64,000 bases of DNA, taken from contig CM052817.1 in NCBI GenBank assembly GCA_028534125.1, positions 46,068,001 to 46,132,000 on the forward strand. Reading direction: 5' to 3'. This stretch comes from Lama glama (taxonomy: Eukaryota). The notes under the pieces are model-generated. The model worked only from the letters and a program-made list of their open reading frames with translations, did not search any database and was not told where the DNA came from. The translations under genes and the position numbers were made by a program. This document shows, one piece after another, positions 1-13,590 of this stretch; the stretch's first letter is position 1; the number at the start of each line of letters is the position of its first letter.

Positions 1-6
1 CAACAT

Positions 7-37
7 GAGCTCACTTTGGCAGCACATACACAAAAAT
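7..37 (+). pseudogene. 3'-truncated U6 snRNA retrocopy
   Basis: gagctcactttggcagcacatacacaaaaat versus U6 5' end GTGCTCGCTTCGGCAGCACATATACTAAAAT: 26/31 identical, two differences at CpGs; caacat occurs at 1-6 and again at 41-46 (partial TSD). Confidence 0.75.
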
Positions 38-1045
38 AGTCAACATGAAACATAATGCTTTGAATTATATAGCCAAATGAGGCAGCAGATGTTAAATAGC
101 AAAACTGAACAGCACCTCTAAAATACCAAAACATTTGAAAGAAAAAAAAAACAAATAAAAAACTTCCAAGGTCATATCTCCAAAAATGTCTTATTTATCT
201 TTATAAGCTCAGCATTTAGTTCAATGCTAGGAAATACAAATCCCTCAATACATGTTTGTGGAATGAATGGGTGAGTAATAAATAAATACATGTATAAATG
301 AATGAAAGAAAGAATGAATGGATGGATGGATGAGTACAGCTGAGCAGTGCAAATGTAAATTCAGTGATTGTCAGATGCAAGTGTGACTCCAAACTGAGTC
401 TAGCAAAGAGAAAGTAACATGAAACTGCTGACTTGGAAGATAGCAGGAAAGCAAGGTACAAACTGGAAACACCATCAGGATCAGCAAGAAAAAAAAAAAT
501 GAAGCCCTCCTAAGCCTGTCCTTCCTGGCTACAGAGGTGTGCTTTAAGAAAATTGTTTAGTTTTAGTTTTATGGACACAGCTGTAACCCAAGTAACTTTG
601 CAGAAGGGACAGCTCTGCACTCATGTGCACCTCTGTCTATCATGTGCACTTTTAGATGCAATGTCAAAGTCCATGTTTAGAAATACACATTTCCAAGAGA
701 CGGGGTATTTGTCTGTCCTTCAATTCCTATACGCCACTCAGTCGTAGGTAGTTCTCTAGGAATTCCCAATATAAACTCCGGCTGCCCAAGCTAAGATTCT
801 TAAATACTGCATTGTTTTCCAGAAAAATATTATGTATCTGATTTTTGAGAGGAAGCAAGTCAAAGGCATGTGCTTGGCTATTTAGGGAATCAGATCAAAA
901 TGTATTAAAGACGACTTAGTTAATGGGAATAGAGAGTGACAAGGGTAGCGATCAGAGTGTGTATGTTGTTGGCAGAAATTTAATGTCTAATAAAAGGCAC
1001 ACACATAAATTGAGGGTGCTATTAACAGGCTTTTCTTTTCATGAA

Positions 1046-1103
1046 TATATATATATTACATATATATGTATATGTATTTTACATATACACACACACACAC
1101 ACA
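1046..1103. repeat. Compound (TA)n/(CA)n simple repeat
   Basis: atatatatatat...acacacacacacaca. Confidence 0.8.
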
Positions 1104-1778
1104 AAGCATTGTGCATTCAAGATCCTATATGTTTGTAAAAACAGAAGGATCTAGCAATTGGGCATTAGAGGCAATATTCAGCTTATTACACCTGCAGAAG
1201 GCTGGGAACAAGGTTAAACTGTTTAGAAGAGTTGTCTTTCCATGGCTCAATAATTTTCCATTCTGTCTTTGTCAAGAAAGCCATGGAAAATAATAAAAAG
1301 TTGACTTAATGTAACACAATGAGATTGAACTATAGAGAAACTTGGCTGCATACAGTAACGGTGAACACAAGCTGCATTTGGACCCTCTTCACATAATCCG
1401 TTGTTGATTTAAGTGCAGCAGTTGGCATTTATCAACATGTGTGTAAACAATGGACATTTTTTTGTTTATCTTAGGAATGTAAAGACCAAGGAAATCAGGT
1501 AAAGAACAGTGTATACAGCACAAAAGGAAAAGAAAAGGTGATTAGAAGTCATTTAAAAGAATACTTTTGACAATAAACAATTTACCAGTGCACTTGTGAG
1601 CATTTATCTTTATAATTCTATCATTTATCCCATCGGCACTTTTGTCCTATATGAGAAATGTGAACACTGAAGTAGCTCTTAAGGGTAAGATAATAATAAC
1701 AATAAAAGACCAATCTGCCCCATTTGATTTCTTTTTCATTCTACCCTCATTAGAACTTGTGGATCCTTTCTCGTCTTG

Positions 1779-1779
<1 letters not shown>

Positions 1780-1811
<32 letters not shown>
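1780..1811. repeat. (CA)n microsatellite
   Basis: About 15 perfect AC units. Confidence 0.95.
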
Positions 1812-1813
<2 letters not shown>

Positions 1814-3559
1814 GTTAAGTAAATTATGTATTCTTCCTGGGCAGACAATGTGTCATCTATTCTTTTTGCTCAAAATAATTTTTCTTCTCTCTTAACACTT
1901 TCTACTTCATTTATTTTATAATAAACATGAAATATCTGTGGATTAATGCATAAATAAACAAATGAATAAATGAATGAATGCACAAACATGTTTTTAGACT
2001 GCTAGACTATAACCTCCTTGAAGATAGGTGACTTGTCTCAACTTTGCCTATTATATCAAGGCAAGACTGACCAAAAAACAAAACAAAGCAAAACATTCTC
2101 CAAACCAGTCTCAGCAAATACACTCGCATTACCCACTCCCAAGCTCCAAATGACTGATCCTAGACAGATGTCAGTGTCCTCCTCGGCTTGAGCCTCTTAA
2201 GACTCTTCCCAATGAGTTACCAATGGCCCCTGTTTGAGCCATCTGGCACTCAGTTAGGACCCCAGTGAGTGTTTGTGGATGTCATATAACATCCTCTATT
2301 AAAACAGAGACCAGAATGCAAAGACAAAATGAGACAAATGCAAGAATGTCATACTGTGGTTTTAATAACAAAAATAAAAATTTTTATTACTTTATGTGAA
2401 AACACTGTAAGGGTCTTCATTTCATTTCTTATTTCTTTGTTTCCAAAAGTATGAAGAGTGATGTGAATTATTTTAATATGTATCCAGGTTAACAATCACT
2501 GAACAGCTCTGACAGCGTGTCTACCCAGCTTGTTCACCGCAGCTCCCTCACACTGCCATTGCAGAGCCACTGGCCTGGAGCAGCAAGCGGAACCAGGACA
2601 GAGAAGCCTTTTCCAGCTATTGTACTCCTCAGGGGTTGCGTGGAAAACAAGCCTTCTAGGTGAAAATAAATACCTACAACTAGCTCTCCCGTAAGAGTAG
2701 AGCAATGCTCTCTGGGCCCTGCATTGCAAACACCTCCTTGTTTCATATTTGTGGCTAATGACGCCCAAATGGTAAACTCGGTCAAACCTAACATCCTGAT
2801 CGTGGGCTGTACCAAAGATTTAATTGGGAAGGCTGCTATGTTTCCATCCTATGTTCTCGATTCTTAAAATAATTCAAGTATGCTTCTAACAATCAGAATT
2901 CTATCAACGCTATTTAAAACGATGGCAACTGGGGGTTCTGTCTTCAGTAAAGGAAGGCCGGGCATTTTTCCAGTGGGTATTTATTTATAACCTCATAACT
3001 TATAAACATTGATATTAATCAGCACCTCTTACACTGAATTATAATTATTTGAATCTCTGTTTCCCCTCGTAGATCCTCCATAACAAAGATTTCTCTTAGG
3101 CATTTTTCTATTACTAGCATTCAGGATGATGTCTGGAAATCCTGGGAGATCTTTGAACCTTCCCTGAAATTGAATCTGCAAATATATTTGAATTCTCCAA
3201 GCTTCAGTTTTCCATGGATTAGAAGCTCTCACCACGTGTGAGCTGTTGTTACACATACGCAGAGGAGTTCCTGGTACAACAGGTTATAATTGCAGGCAGG
3301 TATGGATAGAGAAATAAGAGTGTTTTGTTTTGACTTGATTTGCTTTTCAGATACCCTTGCAAGATAAAGAAATTAGCTGGATTCATTTGAATATTTCTGT
3401 CAGTTGCTTTTTAGAAAGTCAGGGAGTTCATACGCCCATGAAACTCTGTGCACGAGAGGACAGAGCTTTCCTACTGTGTGGGAGAAACACAAGCTTCTTC
3501 CACTGGTGATGGACTTAGAGTCGTGCACATACAGACTAGAAAGAAATCCAGTCTTCATT

Positions 3560-4059
3560 NNNNNNNNNNNNNNNNNNNNNNNNNNNNNNNNNNNNNNNNN
3601 NNNNNNNNNNNNNNNNNNNNNNNNNNNNNNNNNNNNNNNNNNNNNNNNNNNNNNNNNNNNNNNNNNNNNNNNNNNNNNNNNNNNNNNNNNNNNNNNNNNN
3701 NNNNNNNNNNNNNNNNNNNNNNNNNNNNNNNNNNNNNNNNNNNNNNNNNNNNNNNNNNNNNNNNNNNNNNNNNNNNNNNNNNNNNNNNNNNNNNNNNNNN
3801 NNNNNNNNNNNNNNNNNNNNNNNNNNNNNNNNNNNNNNNNNNNNNNNNNNNNNNNNNNNNNNNNNNNNNNNNNNNNNNNNNNNNNNNNNNNNNNNNNNNN
3901 NNNNNNNNNNNNNNNNNNNNNNNNNNNNNNNNNNNNNNNNNNNNNNNNNNNNNNNNNNNNNNNNNNNNNNNNNNNNNNNNNNNNNNNNNNNNNNNNNNNN
4001 NNNNNNNNNNNNNNNNNNNNNNNNNNNNNNNNNNNNNNNNNNNNNNNNNNNNNNNNNNN
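3560..4059. other. Assembly gap (exactly 500 N)
   Basis: Run of 500 N. Confidence 1.
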
Positions 4060-4949
4060 CTGTAAATCTGGGCCATCCCAGCCCATTAATCTTTCATCTG
4101 CACACCACTGCCTTGAAGGCTTTTTAAATCATTAACCCAAAAACTTTGATAGTTGTTCAAAGGCTTTCAAACCACACTATCTACCTTGAGAAACTCAGAA
4201 GACTGACTTCTCCTCTCCCCTCTTAATGAATGAGGAAGAGATTAAATACTTAGGTACTGCTTGACCAGGAAGACAATAGTCATTCTCCAGAAGGCTCAGA
4301 AGTAGCACCAGAAGAATTGGTAGCCTAATTCTTACTTTACAAACCACCCCCACATCATGCCCTACAAAGCCTCCATCCCTAAAATGAAGGAAGGAAGAGA
4401 ACTATTTCTCACTAAGATCTGGGTGGTAGATGAATTTGGAGGAAAAGAAACAGCCATGGTAAATCACGAGCAAACTCATCTCTGTTTGCCTGATCCCTGT
4501 CTCCTTAAGGGTCTACATCCAGCCAGGACAAAGATCCCACTCAGACTGTTTCCTCCCAATCCTTTTATTCATCTTAGTTCATTATTATCTATGGCAGCCT
4601 AACTGACCTTTCTTGCGAGGAAATCTGTTTATTTCTAGGAGAATAAATCGTGAGGCAGTAGCAGCAATAGAACTTGGGATTTTTTCCTTGCTGTGAGTAT
4701 TTAATAAGAAGTAAACAACTTTAAACTGGCAGTGACAGACACTACACAAGCAGCAGTCTCCTTCTCACCAAACCTGTCTGGGAGTCCAGCCTAAAGGGGT
4801 GCTGGCTTCAGCACACCTCTCCACCCGGCACACATCTCTCACTGCCAAGTGCACTACACATCTCATGGTCTTCATCCAGTCAGTCTGAGGAGCCCGCATA
4901 CCTACCCCTAGATCACTGAGGCAGATAAAGCCAGAGTAATGCAGCTTTT

Positions 4950-5108
4950 GACTAGAAAGGACCTCAAGCCATCTTGCCAGCCCTCTCATTTTTATAGATG
5001 AATAAACTAACACAGAAATGTTAGATGACTTGCACAAGATTACACAGTGAGGTGGTAGGGCCACAATCAGAATCCAGGGCTTTCTCACCTCAAAGCCCAT
5101 GCTTCTGA
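4950..5108 (-). mobile_element. MIR
   Basis: catttttatagatgaataaact...gatgacttgcacaagattacacag. Confidence 0.7.
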
Positions 5109-5134
5109 TCATTAAGTTGTAATCAGTTGAAATC

Positions 5135-5342
5135 TTTTTTTTAATTGATATATAATCGATTTACAGTATTGTGTTAATTTCTGGTGTACAGCATAGTGAT
5201 TGTTATACATATATATATATATATTCTTTTTCATCATAGGCTATTATAAGGTATTGAATATAGTTCCCATGTGCTGCACAGTAGGACCTTGTTCTTATCT
5301 ATTTTTTATATGGTAGTTAGTATCTGCAAATCCTGAACTTAA
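5135..5342 (-). mobile_element. LINE-1 3' end fragment
   Basis: Poly-T followed by gatttacagtattgtgttaatttctggtgtacagcatagtga...ttgaatatagttccc; same family as 7139-7450. Confidence 0.85.
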
Positions 5343-5626
5343 TCATCCCTCAAAGTCCAACTGGAAAGCCTGCACTTTTCATTCCTTGGACCCTAAATGA
5401 GTATCAGTCCTGCCTACTCTGAACCATCCCAATATTCTGCATATTCTTATGCTCTTTCTTGCATTAACATCACTTGGATTCTGTTTTTCCCTCCTACTAG
5501 AATATATATTTCTTGAGCTAAAACTGGGTCTTCTTTTTCTCTCTGACTGCCTTGCACTAGACAGGTGTTTAATAAAAATGTACTGAATGGAAATGAATTG
5601 ACCTGAGATTTGAGTTCATTTTTCTG

Positions 5627-5775
5627 CAGTAGTTATCAATTGCACATACATAAGGAACAACCAGGGAACTTATTAAAATAGAGATTCCTGGAATGCTGAT
5701 TCAGTAGCTCTTGAGAGGGTTCCAGGGATGTGCATTTTCAACAAGCCAACAAGTGATTCTGAAGCATGGCTCTAG
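5627..5775. mobile_element. MER5-like hAT-Charlie element
   Basis: cagggaacttattaaaatagagattcctgg...tgattcagtag...atgtgcattttcaacaagc...gtgattctga. Confidence 0.7.
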
Positions 5776-6479
5776 TGGTGCTTTCTTTCTAAGTCTCTCT
5801 TATAACACATATATATTTGAGATATTTGGCCAAGATTAGAGGTGCCATTGAGTTTCCAGAACATTGCAAAGAGTACAGGTCCACAGTGTTGGATCCATAG
5901 TCTTAGTTTCATTAGCTGAGAGCTCTAGCTTAAACATTCTCAAATGGGCTATGGGGTAATGAACTTAATGTTCCAGCAAGTACCATTCTCACCAAACTCC
6001 CCCGCTCCCCAAGCTGAGACAAAGTTCTCTAGTAGTGGAAACCGAGGAACAAATAAAGGCTTTCTGTCCATGAAGTCAATGTGGAACTCATACCTTCCAA
6101 GAGGACTCAGGCATCTAAGAAAGAATAAAGAGCTTAAACAGAGCCTCATTACAACACCGACATTCTGCCACATGATACGCTCAATTAGTTAATGTTTGTA
6201 AAGTGCTTTGATCTCATAAAGCAGTGAGATAATCCTGGGCCTTGTTTACTGAGTGCTTCTCTTCTCAAGGGCTCAGAGCAGTTTCTAGGCAACAAGCCCA
6301 ATCCTTCTCTTTGCCTGCCAGTTCAGAGGGGCAGTCAGAATAAAATAGGCGGAGGGTACAGGGAGGTGCCTTGGAGTCAAACTGGGAGTTGGGTGGTCCA
6401 TGTGCAGGAAGGTCACAGACCCCAGTCAGGTTCCAGGAGGTAACAACTGATCCCTGCTTACTTATCACCCGTGTAGGTT

Positions 6480-7118
6480 GCTATCGAAGCATTTATCATG
6501 CTGGAGTGTAGAGTAAACATTTGTTTATAAGTCTGCCTCCTGCACTAGGCTGTGAGTTGCTTGGACAGAGAAATTGGCTCTCCTAGGTTTGAATGACCTG
6601 GCTGCTGCCCAACTCCAAGTTTAACTCATCCAGGCTTCGCTCTCCCTCCCCAGCTCCAGCCTAACTGGTCTTTCTGTTTCTCAAACACACCAAGCTTCTT
6701 TCACCCATTGGGACTTTTGCACCAAAGTTATTTACCATCATGGCTGACTTTTCATCATTCAAATTTCAGCTCAGCTGTCATCTCCTCAGGTGACCCTGAC
6801 CATGCTTAGCTAAATTGGCTACTTCCTAATCACTCTCTGTCATGTTACTCTGCTTTATAACTGACTTTTTTTTTGTGGCACCTATATTTTCTAATATTAT
6901 CTGATTTTTTAATGTTGTATTATTTATTTTTTGACATTCTGATATCATGTGGGGTGAGTGGTGGCTATCTTTATGTTTTTTTTCTTTCTGATTTGTTCCT
7001 ATTTTATTTCTTCTACAATAACCAGTAAGCTTCTTGAAAATAGGGACTTTATCTACCTTGCTCATCTTGCTATTCTAGTACTTAGAAGATTTTAAGTGGT
7101 CAACAAATAAATGTTGAT
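6480..7118 (+). mobile_element. L2 fragments
   Basis: ccagcctaactggtctttctgtttctcaaacacaccaagc...gtaagcttcttgaaaatagggactttatc...caacaaataaatgttgattgaa. Confidence 0.7.
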
Positions 7119-7138
7119 TGAAACATAGGCTGTTTCAG

Positions 7139-7450
7139 ACTCACAGACACAGAAGATAAACACGATTACCAGAGGAAAGGGAGTAGGAAGGGATAAATTG
7201 GAAGATTGAGATTTGCAGATATTAACTACTGCATATAAAGTAAATAAGGTCCGGTTGTATAGCACAAGGAACTATATTCAGTATATGTCTTGTGGTAACT
7301 TATAATGAAAAAGAATATGAAAACAAATATATGTATGTATATGTATGATTGAAACTTTATGCTGTACACCAGAAATTGACACAACATTGTAAATTGACTA
7401 TACTTCAATTTTTTTAAATTCCTAATACAATTAAAAAAATGAAAAAAAAA
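7139..7450 (+). mobile_element. LINE-1 3' end fragment
   Basis: gactcacagacacagaa...tatagcacaaggaactatattca...tgctgtacaccagaaattgacacaacattgtaaattgactatacttcaa plus A-rich tail; degenerate TSD at 7120-7138 and 7451-7469. Confidence 0.88.
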
Positions 7451-8960
7451 GAAATGTTGGTTGTCTCAGTATCTTGGACAGCACTTAAATGCTTTTTAAT
7501 TAAAGGAATACATGAACAAATGTTAGATGAACGGAAGTGCTGATGCTTCAGCATAAATTCCTTACTTCCCCAAATTGTCAGTTAATCCTTTTGTTCACAA
7601 AGTGGGACAGGCTTGGATTAATATACCTTTGTATAAAGTGATAATCTTCGAGTCTCAGCTATCTTTCAGTCCATGATACATCCAGCCCTCAAAACTGTTG
7701 ATTTTTCTACTGCTTGATTTCTTACATTTTCTTTACCTTTCCCATGTCCATTGCTCCTCCTTCATTCATACTTTTAAATTTTCACATCTATGTATTTCAA
7801 TACCTTTGACAACTGCCTCCAGGCAGCCCCACCTGGATGGGTCCTGCACATTATTGACAGATTTCACTGTGTCTTATTCTGTCACTCCTGTTCTCCAAAA
7901 GCTCCAATTATTTATCCTCAAACACTCTGGTACCTCCATTTCCAGCCACAAGGCCATGGGCAAGTTTCTTAACATAATTTCCTCTTTTCTGAAAATGAGT
8001 CTAATTAACAGTACCTAACTCATGTCTCATCATGAAGATTAAAGGGGTAAATTAATTCATATAAGGGATAATCACGGTTGTGAGGGAACCACCAAAAGGT
8101 AGCTCTTACTATTTTCTGACTAATAATGGCAATGGTTATAGTAGTAAAGTTGAAATGCTTCAGCTAGAGTTTTGCACTCTACTCCAGGACTATCTTTCTA
8201 TATTTATTCTTGTCACCTTGACCCTACCATTAGCTTTTCTGTCCATCTTTTCTAAATCCAAACCATGATTCAAAAATTTTTGTGCAAGAGACTATTGTTT
8301 CTTCTTGTTGCAAATTTGATGAGGATGAAGTTATTGATGATGTTGATTTTTTCCCACTCTCCATTTTCTCTCCCTCCTCCAAAATTCTTCAGTTCTCTCT
8401 ACTGCCTTCTTAACATATCATACTAACCTGTGAAACTTTTCTCATCACTGTATTTTCTTAACTCTTGTTTTTAACTTTTTTAATTGTAACTACATTGCTG
8501 ATATGTGGGAAACTTTTGAGGCCCAAGGAACTCAGCACAATGTACAGTATCCTTTCTTTCTTGTGTAATTCCTTATATTAGCCAACCACTTACACTAAAA
8601 ATAATGGCTTGGAAGAAAAAGGAAAGATAAGGCCAGCCATAGTTCTTTGTCTCAGTCCTTCCCTATCCATCTGTAAGCTGAAGGTAAAGTCTTGGCAGAA
8701 TGTGTGCATATCAAGAAGTGAAACAAAAACAGTTGAGTTACTTTTGCCCTGTGTTTCCCCTATTCTGGAAACAAAGAATTGCACATACATGTGTGAGCTA
8801 CAAAGGAAGAATTGTGTAATTTCACTGTTTCTGCAAACAATGAAAGTGCTATTACATTTGCTTTTAAAAATCAGTGTTACACAACATAAACATGAATGAT
8901 AAAATTCAACCTCATAATATACAATTTTATTTTACAGAAGACATTTAAAAACACTGTGAT

Positions 8961-9365
8961 GTACTAAGTGAAGTAGCCGAAAAGAGAAAGAAAAATGTCA
9001 TAGGATATCACTTATATGTGGAATGTAAAAAAATGACACAAATGAACTTATTTACAAAACAGAGAAACTCACAAATTCACAAACATAGAAAATAAATTTA
9101 TGGTTATCAGGGGGAAAAAGAGGATAGAGGGTTAAATTGGGAGTTCAGGATTTGCGGATACTAACTACTGTATATAAAGTAGATAAATAACAAAGTCTTA
9201 CCATACAGAACAGGGAACTATATTCAATACCTTGCAATAACTTTATATAAAAAATAATATGAAAAGAAATATATATATATATGTATAACTGAACCACTAT
9301 GCTGTACACTAGAAATTAACATACCATTGTAAACCAACTGTATTTCAGTTAAAACAAAAACAAAC
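8961..9365 (+). mobile_element. LINE-1 3' end fragment
   Basis: ctaagtgaagtag...gatatcacttatatgtggaat...gggaactatattcaatacc...gctgtacactagaaattaac plus A tail; degenerate TSD aaaacac..gat. Confidence 0.88.
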
Positions 9366-11018
9366 AAAACACCACGATAGGTGAAAAGAAAGACTGCAGA
9401 GGAAATGAACAAGCTTTGGATCTCAGTTCCTATAATGGCATTTTTTTCCTCCTCTTTGAACAAGCCAACCCTCATTTTCACTTTGCACTGAGCTCCACAA
9501 ATTATATACCTGATTAATATTAATATGAAGGCAATTTTGTATGGGGCTTGAGAATATTTGGATTATATATGCATTTTGTTCTCTGATTCTTATGAAGTTA
9601 ACTTCTATGACTGTACGAGGGTTTAGGGTAACGCTTTAGAACAGATTTTTGTCTGTAGGTTCTTGATTCCAGCATAAAAGGGATTTGAAATATGGTTCTT
9701 ATTTAGTTTTGTTTAGAAAAAAAGAAACAATCTTAATTGTTGTTTCTTCTTCTCTTCCTTACCACCATGTTTATGTTCAGAAGTTTATCGCATTGATCCT
9801 ATCTTATTGCAGCAAACTCATCACTACTTTACCAACAAAGCTCATGAAGCCAGTACTATATGTTCCCTTCAAATTAAATTAAATGATGACTGGGCCACAG
9901 TAAAATCTGCTAGAGTTGGATGGCTCTTGGCCCAGAGTGACTTTCACCGCCCAAACACACGTAAATATACCCAAACATGGAAACTGAAGCTTTCAGAGCC
10001 TTTGACCTATTTTTTTTTAACGCTTTAACATCCTTTTGCAGCATATTTATAGGCAGCATATCTCCTACCTACCAGCGCCAGGGCCTGCTTATTGTGCCCA
10101 TGCACAGGAGCCCGGGTACTTTGATCCCTGTGTTCTATGACTTCAAGACTGTGAACTTGGTGCACTTTCCCAAAGCTATGCCTTCCCTTGGCAAGGCCAG
10201 GGACTCAGGGCCATGAGCAAAACTCAAGCTGAGGCGGGTTAGATGAGGGCACATTGCCCTGTTTTAACAGCCTGTCGACAGCTTAAGAATTGCAGAACAT
10301 TTTCATTGGCACGGTAGACATCAACCTAAGCTGTCAAGTTGCCCAGATTTAAGGGAGCCTTAATTACATATATAAAGTTATCAAGATCATAGGACCTTTT
10401 CTCTCTCCATCTCCCCCCTTTCCCTCTCAGTTTTATCAATGCATTTCCTTCAGTTCATCGATTCCCATATCATTGCTATGAATAAGAGTTGAAAAGATGC
10501 TAATAGGCTGAGATATATGTACAAGGTCCCAGCTGGAGTATGGGTGAAGAAAAAAGTTTTAGTTCCCATCATGATTCATTGCCTGGCAGTGTGGGAACAC
10601 TCCATTCACTGGGGCTGGTAAGTACCCACAATGACAGCAATTCCTGGAGGGCGTGGGGTTGCATGAAGGTGCCCAGAACATCTCTGAATCTCTTATTAAA
10701 ATTGCCGTCCTGCTGCAACACCTTGGAAAGTTGCTGAATAGACAGAATCTAAGGCAAATTTCTCACCTTGATCTAGCACTACTGTTCCAGACCACGCTTG
10801 TCTCGAAAAATCATCACCTAAAAGAAGAACTTCCAGGCATGCTTAAGCATTGAGTAAGAAGCAGTATTTTGATTCCAGGATCCAGATTATCCTGACCACA
10901 CAGAGGTAGCTGAGAATAGGAATGTTGGCCATAACTTGAAAACTTAATATTCTGTACCCTGTGTAGAAGTTGCTGTGCTATATATTGTGGTGATGGCAGG
11001 GTATTGATGGGGGACCAA

Positions 11019-11104
11019 ATCTACAGGAAAATAAAAGACTGAGTCCCAGAAATGATGCTGGATCTACAGGAAAATAAAAGACTGAGTCCCAGAAATGATG
11101 CTGG
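11019..11104. repeat. Perfect 43-bp tandem duplication
   Basis: atctacaggaaaataaaagactgagtcccagaaatgatgctgg at 11019-11061 and 11062-11104. Confidence 0.95.
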
Positions 11105-13357
11105 AGCATACTCTCAGGATTATATGTTTCTACTTTAGGTTTTCAGGCAGATAATGAGTATGCGGGAACAGGTAGTCATTTAAGAAATATCAGAGAATGA
11201 TGGCATTGGATATTTAAGCAGGAAAATTATATGATCAGTGACTTGTTCCAATAATATTAACCAGGCAGTTCTATGAAAGATCAATTGGGGGGAGGTGTAG
11301 GAAAGGGTTGAGATGCAGGAAATTCTTAGGAAGGCTTTGCGACTCTTTAAGTAAGAGATATTTGGGGCTACACAACAGCAATTGGGATGAAAAATAGGGA
11401 ATGGGTGTAAGAAGTTTTATTTGGATATATTTAATATAATTTTGATTTAATATTCAATAAAGAAAGGAGGAAAGAGGGGGAAATGTATGCAGTGGACAGA
11501 AATAAGGAAGACAGCAGTCTTAGGAATAAAGGTGATTGGTTCTCTTTGGAAAGTACTGGTTGAGATGCCATCCCAGCCTTCAAGGGGAAGGCGGAATTGT
11601 CACAAAAATGAATCAGAGCAATGTGGTGACCCCACCCGCCTCCCCCAAGAAGAGACAGAGGCATAAGTCTGAGGTGAGCTGGGTAACTTGGGTAGATAGT
11701 GCCAACTATGAAGAAAAGAAGATGTGGCAAGACGAAGAGGTCCTATAGAAGAAGCAAGAATTTTCAGAGATGATCTGTGTTCTGGAAAAAAGGTAAAATA
11801 AATAGTCCTAAATCTAGGGTGCAGGAAATAAATTCCACAGGAAAACAATAAACCAAGGACAAAGGAATGAGAAGAGAGAGCTAGAAGATTTATAGAGCTG
11901 AACCCAGAAATTTCCAGCTTCGTTTCAAAGTAAGACTGTGGGGTGCTGAGTTGTGTATACAGAAGAGAAGGCAGGCCTTTCAGAGGCCTCCTTTGGATTG
12001 GCAGAATGTGAGCTGGAGGGCTGTCCAGTCCTGGCCTCCTCCCTGTTTTCCTTCAGATGTAGATTCAGTCCTTCCCAGATTTTGGGTCAAAGAGAGCTTG
12101 TTCCTAGTGTCTGAAGGAGAGGGATGGATCTGTTTCTGCTGTCCTTCCTTAAGCTTGAAGTCATTGCTCCTGGAGCAGCATTTCTATTATTATGTGGCTC
12201 ATCGACTGTACTGATATTTTGCCCCGACTCGCTATGGGAAGTGGGGCCTGGCTGGAACCTGAATCTGTTTCTCATGGTCACATTGTCATCTCAAACCGAC
12301 ACCTCTCTGAATCACTGGCCAAAATCTCATCCAATGCTGAGAACAGTAAAATGTCCCGACATTCCTCAGTCCTGCCCTTCTTCTAGCAGAGCCAAGGACA
12401 GGGATATTGAGACCAGACCTGCAGCCAGATGGTGAGCTTTCCCCAGAACCTGCTTTCTACAGAGTCAGTATTCACCCTGTCGAGCCCCCTCAAGGCAACT
12501 TCATTTCAGCTGATTCCCTTTTCCCTGTCTGAATTCCAGCACGTCCCAGTAGGCATGGCTCTGATCATGAAAAATGTGACAGACCTATGAGCAGGACAAC
12601 TTGGTCTGTGGGACAAAGGCATATATCTGTGGCTCAGGGAGGAAGCCACCCCCACTTTGTAAATAATCCAGGAAACTAAAAGGAAGTGCTCAAGCTAAGT
12701 CCAGCCAGTCCAGTGCACTCAGATGAATAGGATTTCAACACATTGGTGATGGGGGTTGGGCCATGAGGGGACTATAAGGGTGAGACTAGAATGGGAGTCA
12801 AAAGCAGTGCCTAGAAAAGACTGTTTAATTCTTTCAGTTCCTTAAACTAATGGTATAACCCGGCATCATGTTGCATATGACTGGTTTTCCCATGTGTCCT
12901 GGGATTCCATCAGTGCCAGTAATTTGTGCAGCAACATACCTTAGGGCAGGGATATGCTGAGCAACAGAAAATGGGGTAGAGGGAAAAGGCCCCTGAACCC
13001 TTCCAACAGCAAGGCCCTTGGAAGAGAAATGCCCCAGCTCGCCCCATTTCAGTGCTCAGAAGCTGCCAAGCCAGTATCACCAAGGGCAAGCAGTGATGAC
13101 AACTTTGTGAAGGAGCCAAGGAGGGCCATTGTAACACATGGACCAAAGTCCCAACACAATTCAGTAAGTTCAGAGGGCCACACACAAAGAAAACTAGCTG
13201 GAACACAGTCACAGAGGCAGTTCTGCTTCAGCCCAGTTATCTATGAGACGTTTTTTCTAAAAAGTCTATTCAGCACTCTCTACTGTCTTTATCCTTGTGA
13301 ACCCAATTCCCTTCCATGTGGGGCCAAAACCTGGCACTTGGATTCTTCTCTCAGGTG

Positions 13358-13590
13358 TGGCAGTATATGGTTGTTAAAGTTACATGTCCTGAATTAGACT
13401 GCCAGTGTCATATTTCAACTTTGCCACTTACTGCACCTTGCTTAAATTGCTTAAGCTCTCTGCGGCCCAGTCTTCTTCATCAGTAAAAGGGGAATAATAA
13501 TACCTGCCGCTTGTAATGGTCATTACACAATACGTGTAAAGCACTTTGAAAGTGCCAGGAAGATAATTTATCCTCCACCAATGTAGCTAT
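13358..13590 (+). mobile_element. MIR
   Basis: tgccacttact...cttaagctctctgcggcccagtcttcttcatcagtaaaaggggaataataatacc...gtaaagcactt. Confidence 0.7.

Noticed and set aside
3400..4135. Long ORFs of 173-243 aa
   Set aside because: Artefacts of reading through the 500-N gap.
12910..13397. 147-aa and 100-aa overlapping ORFs
   Set aside because: No recognisable homology or splice architecture; the longer ORF runs into a MIR.
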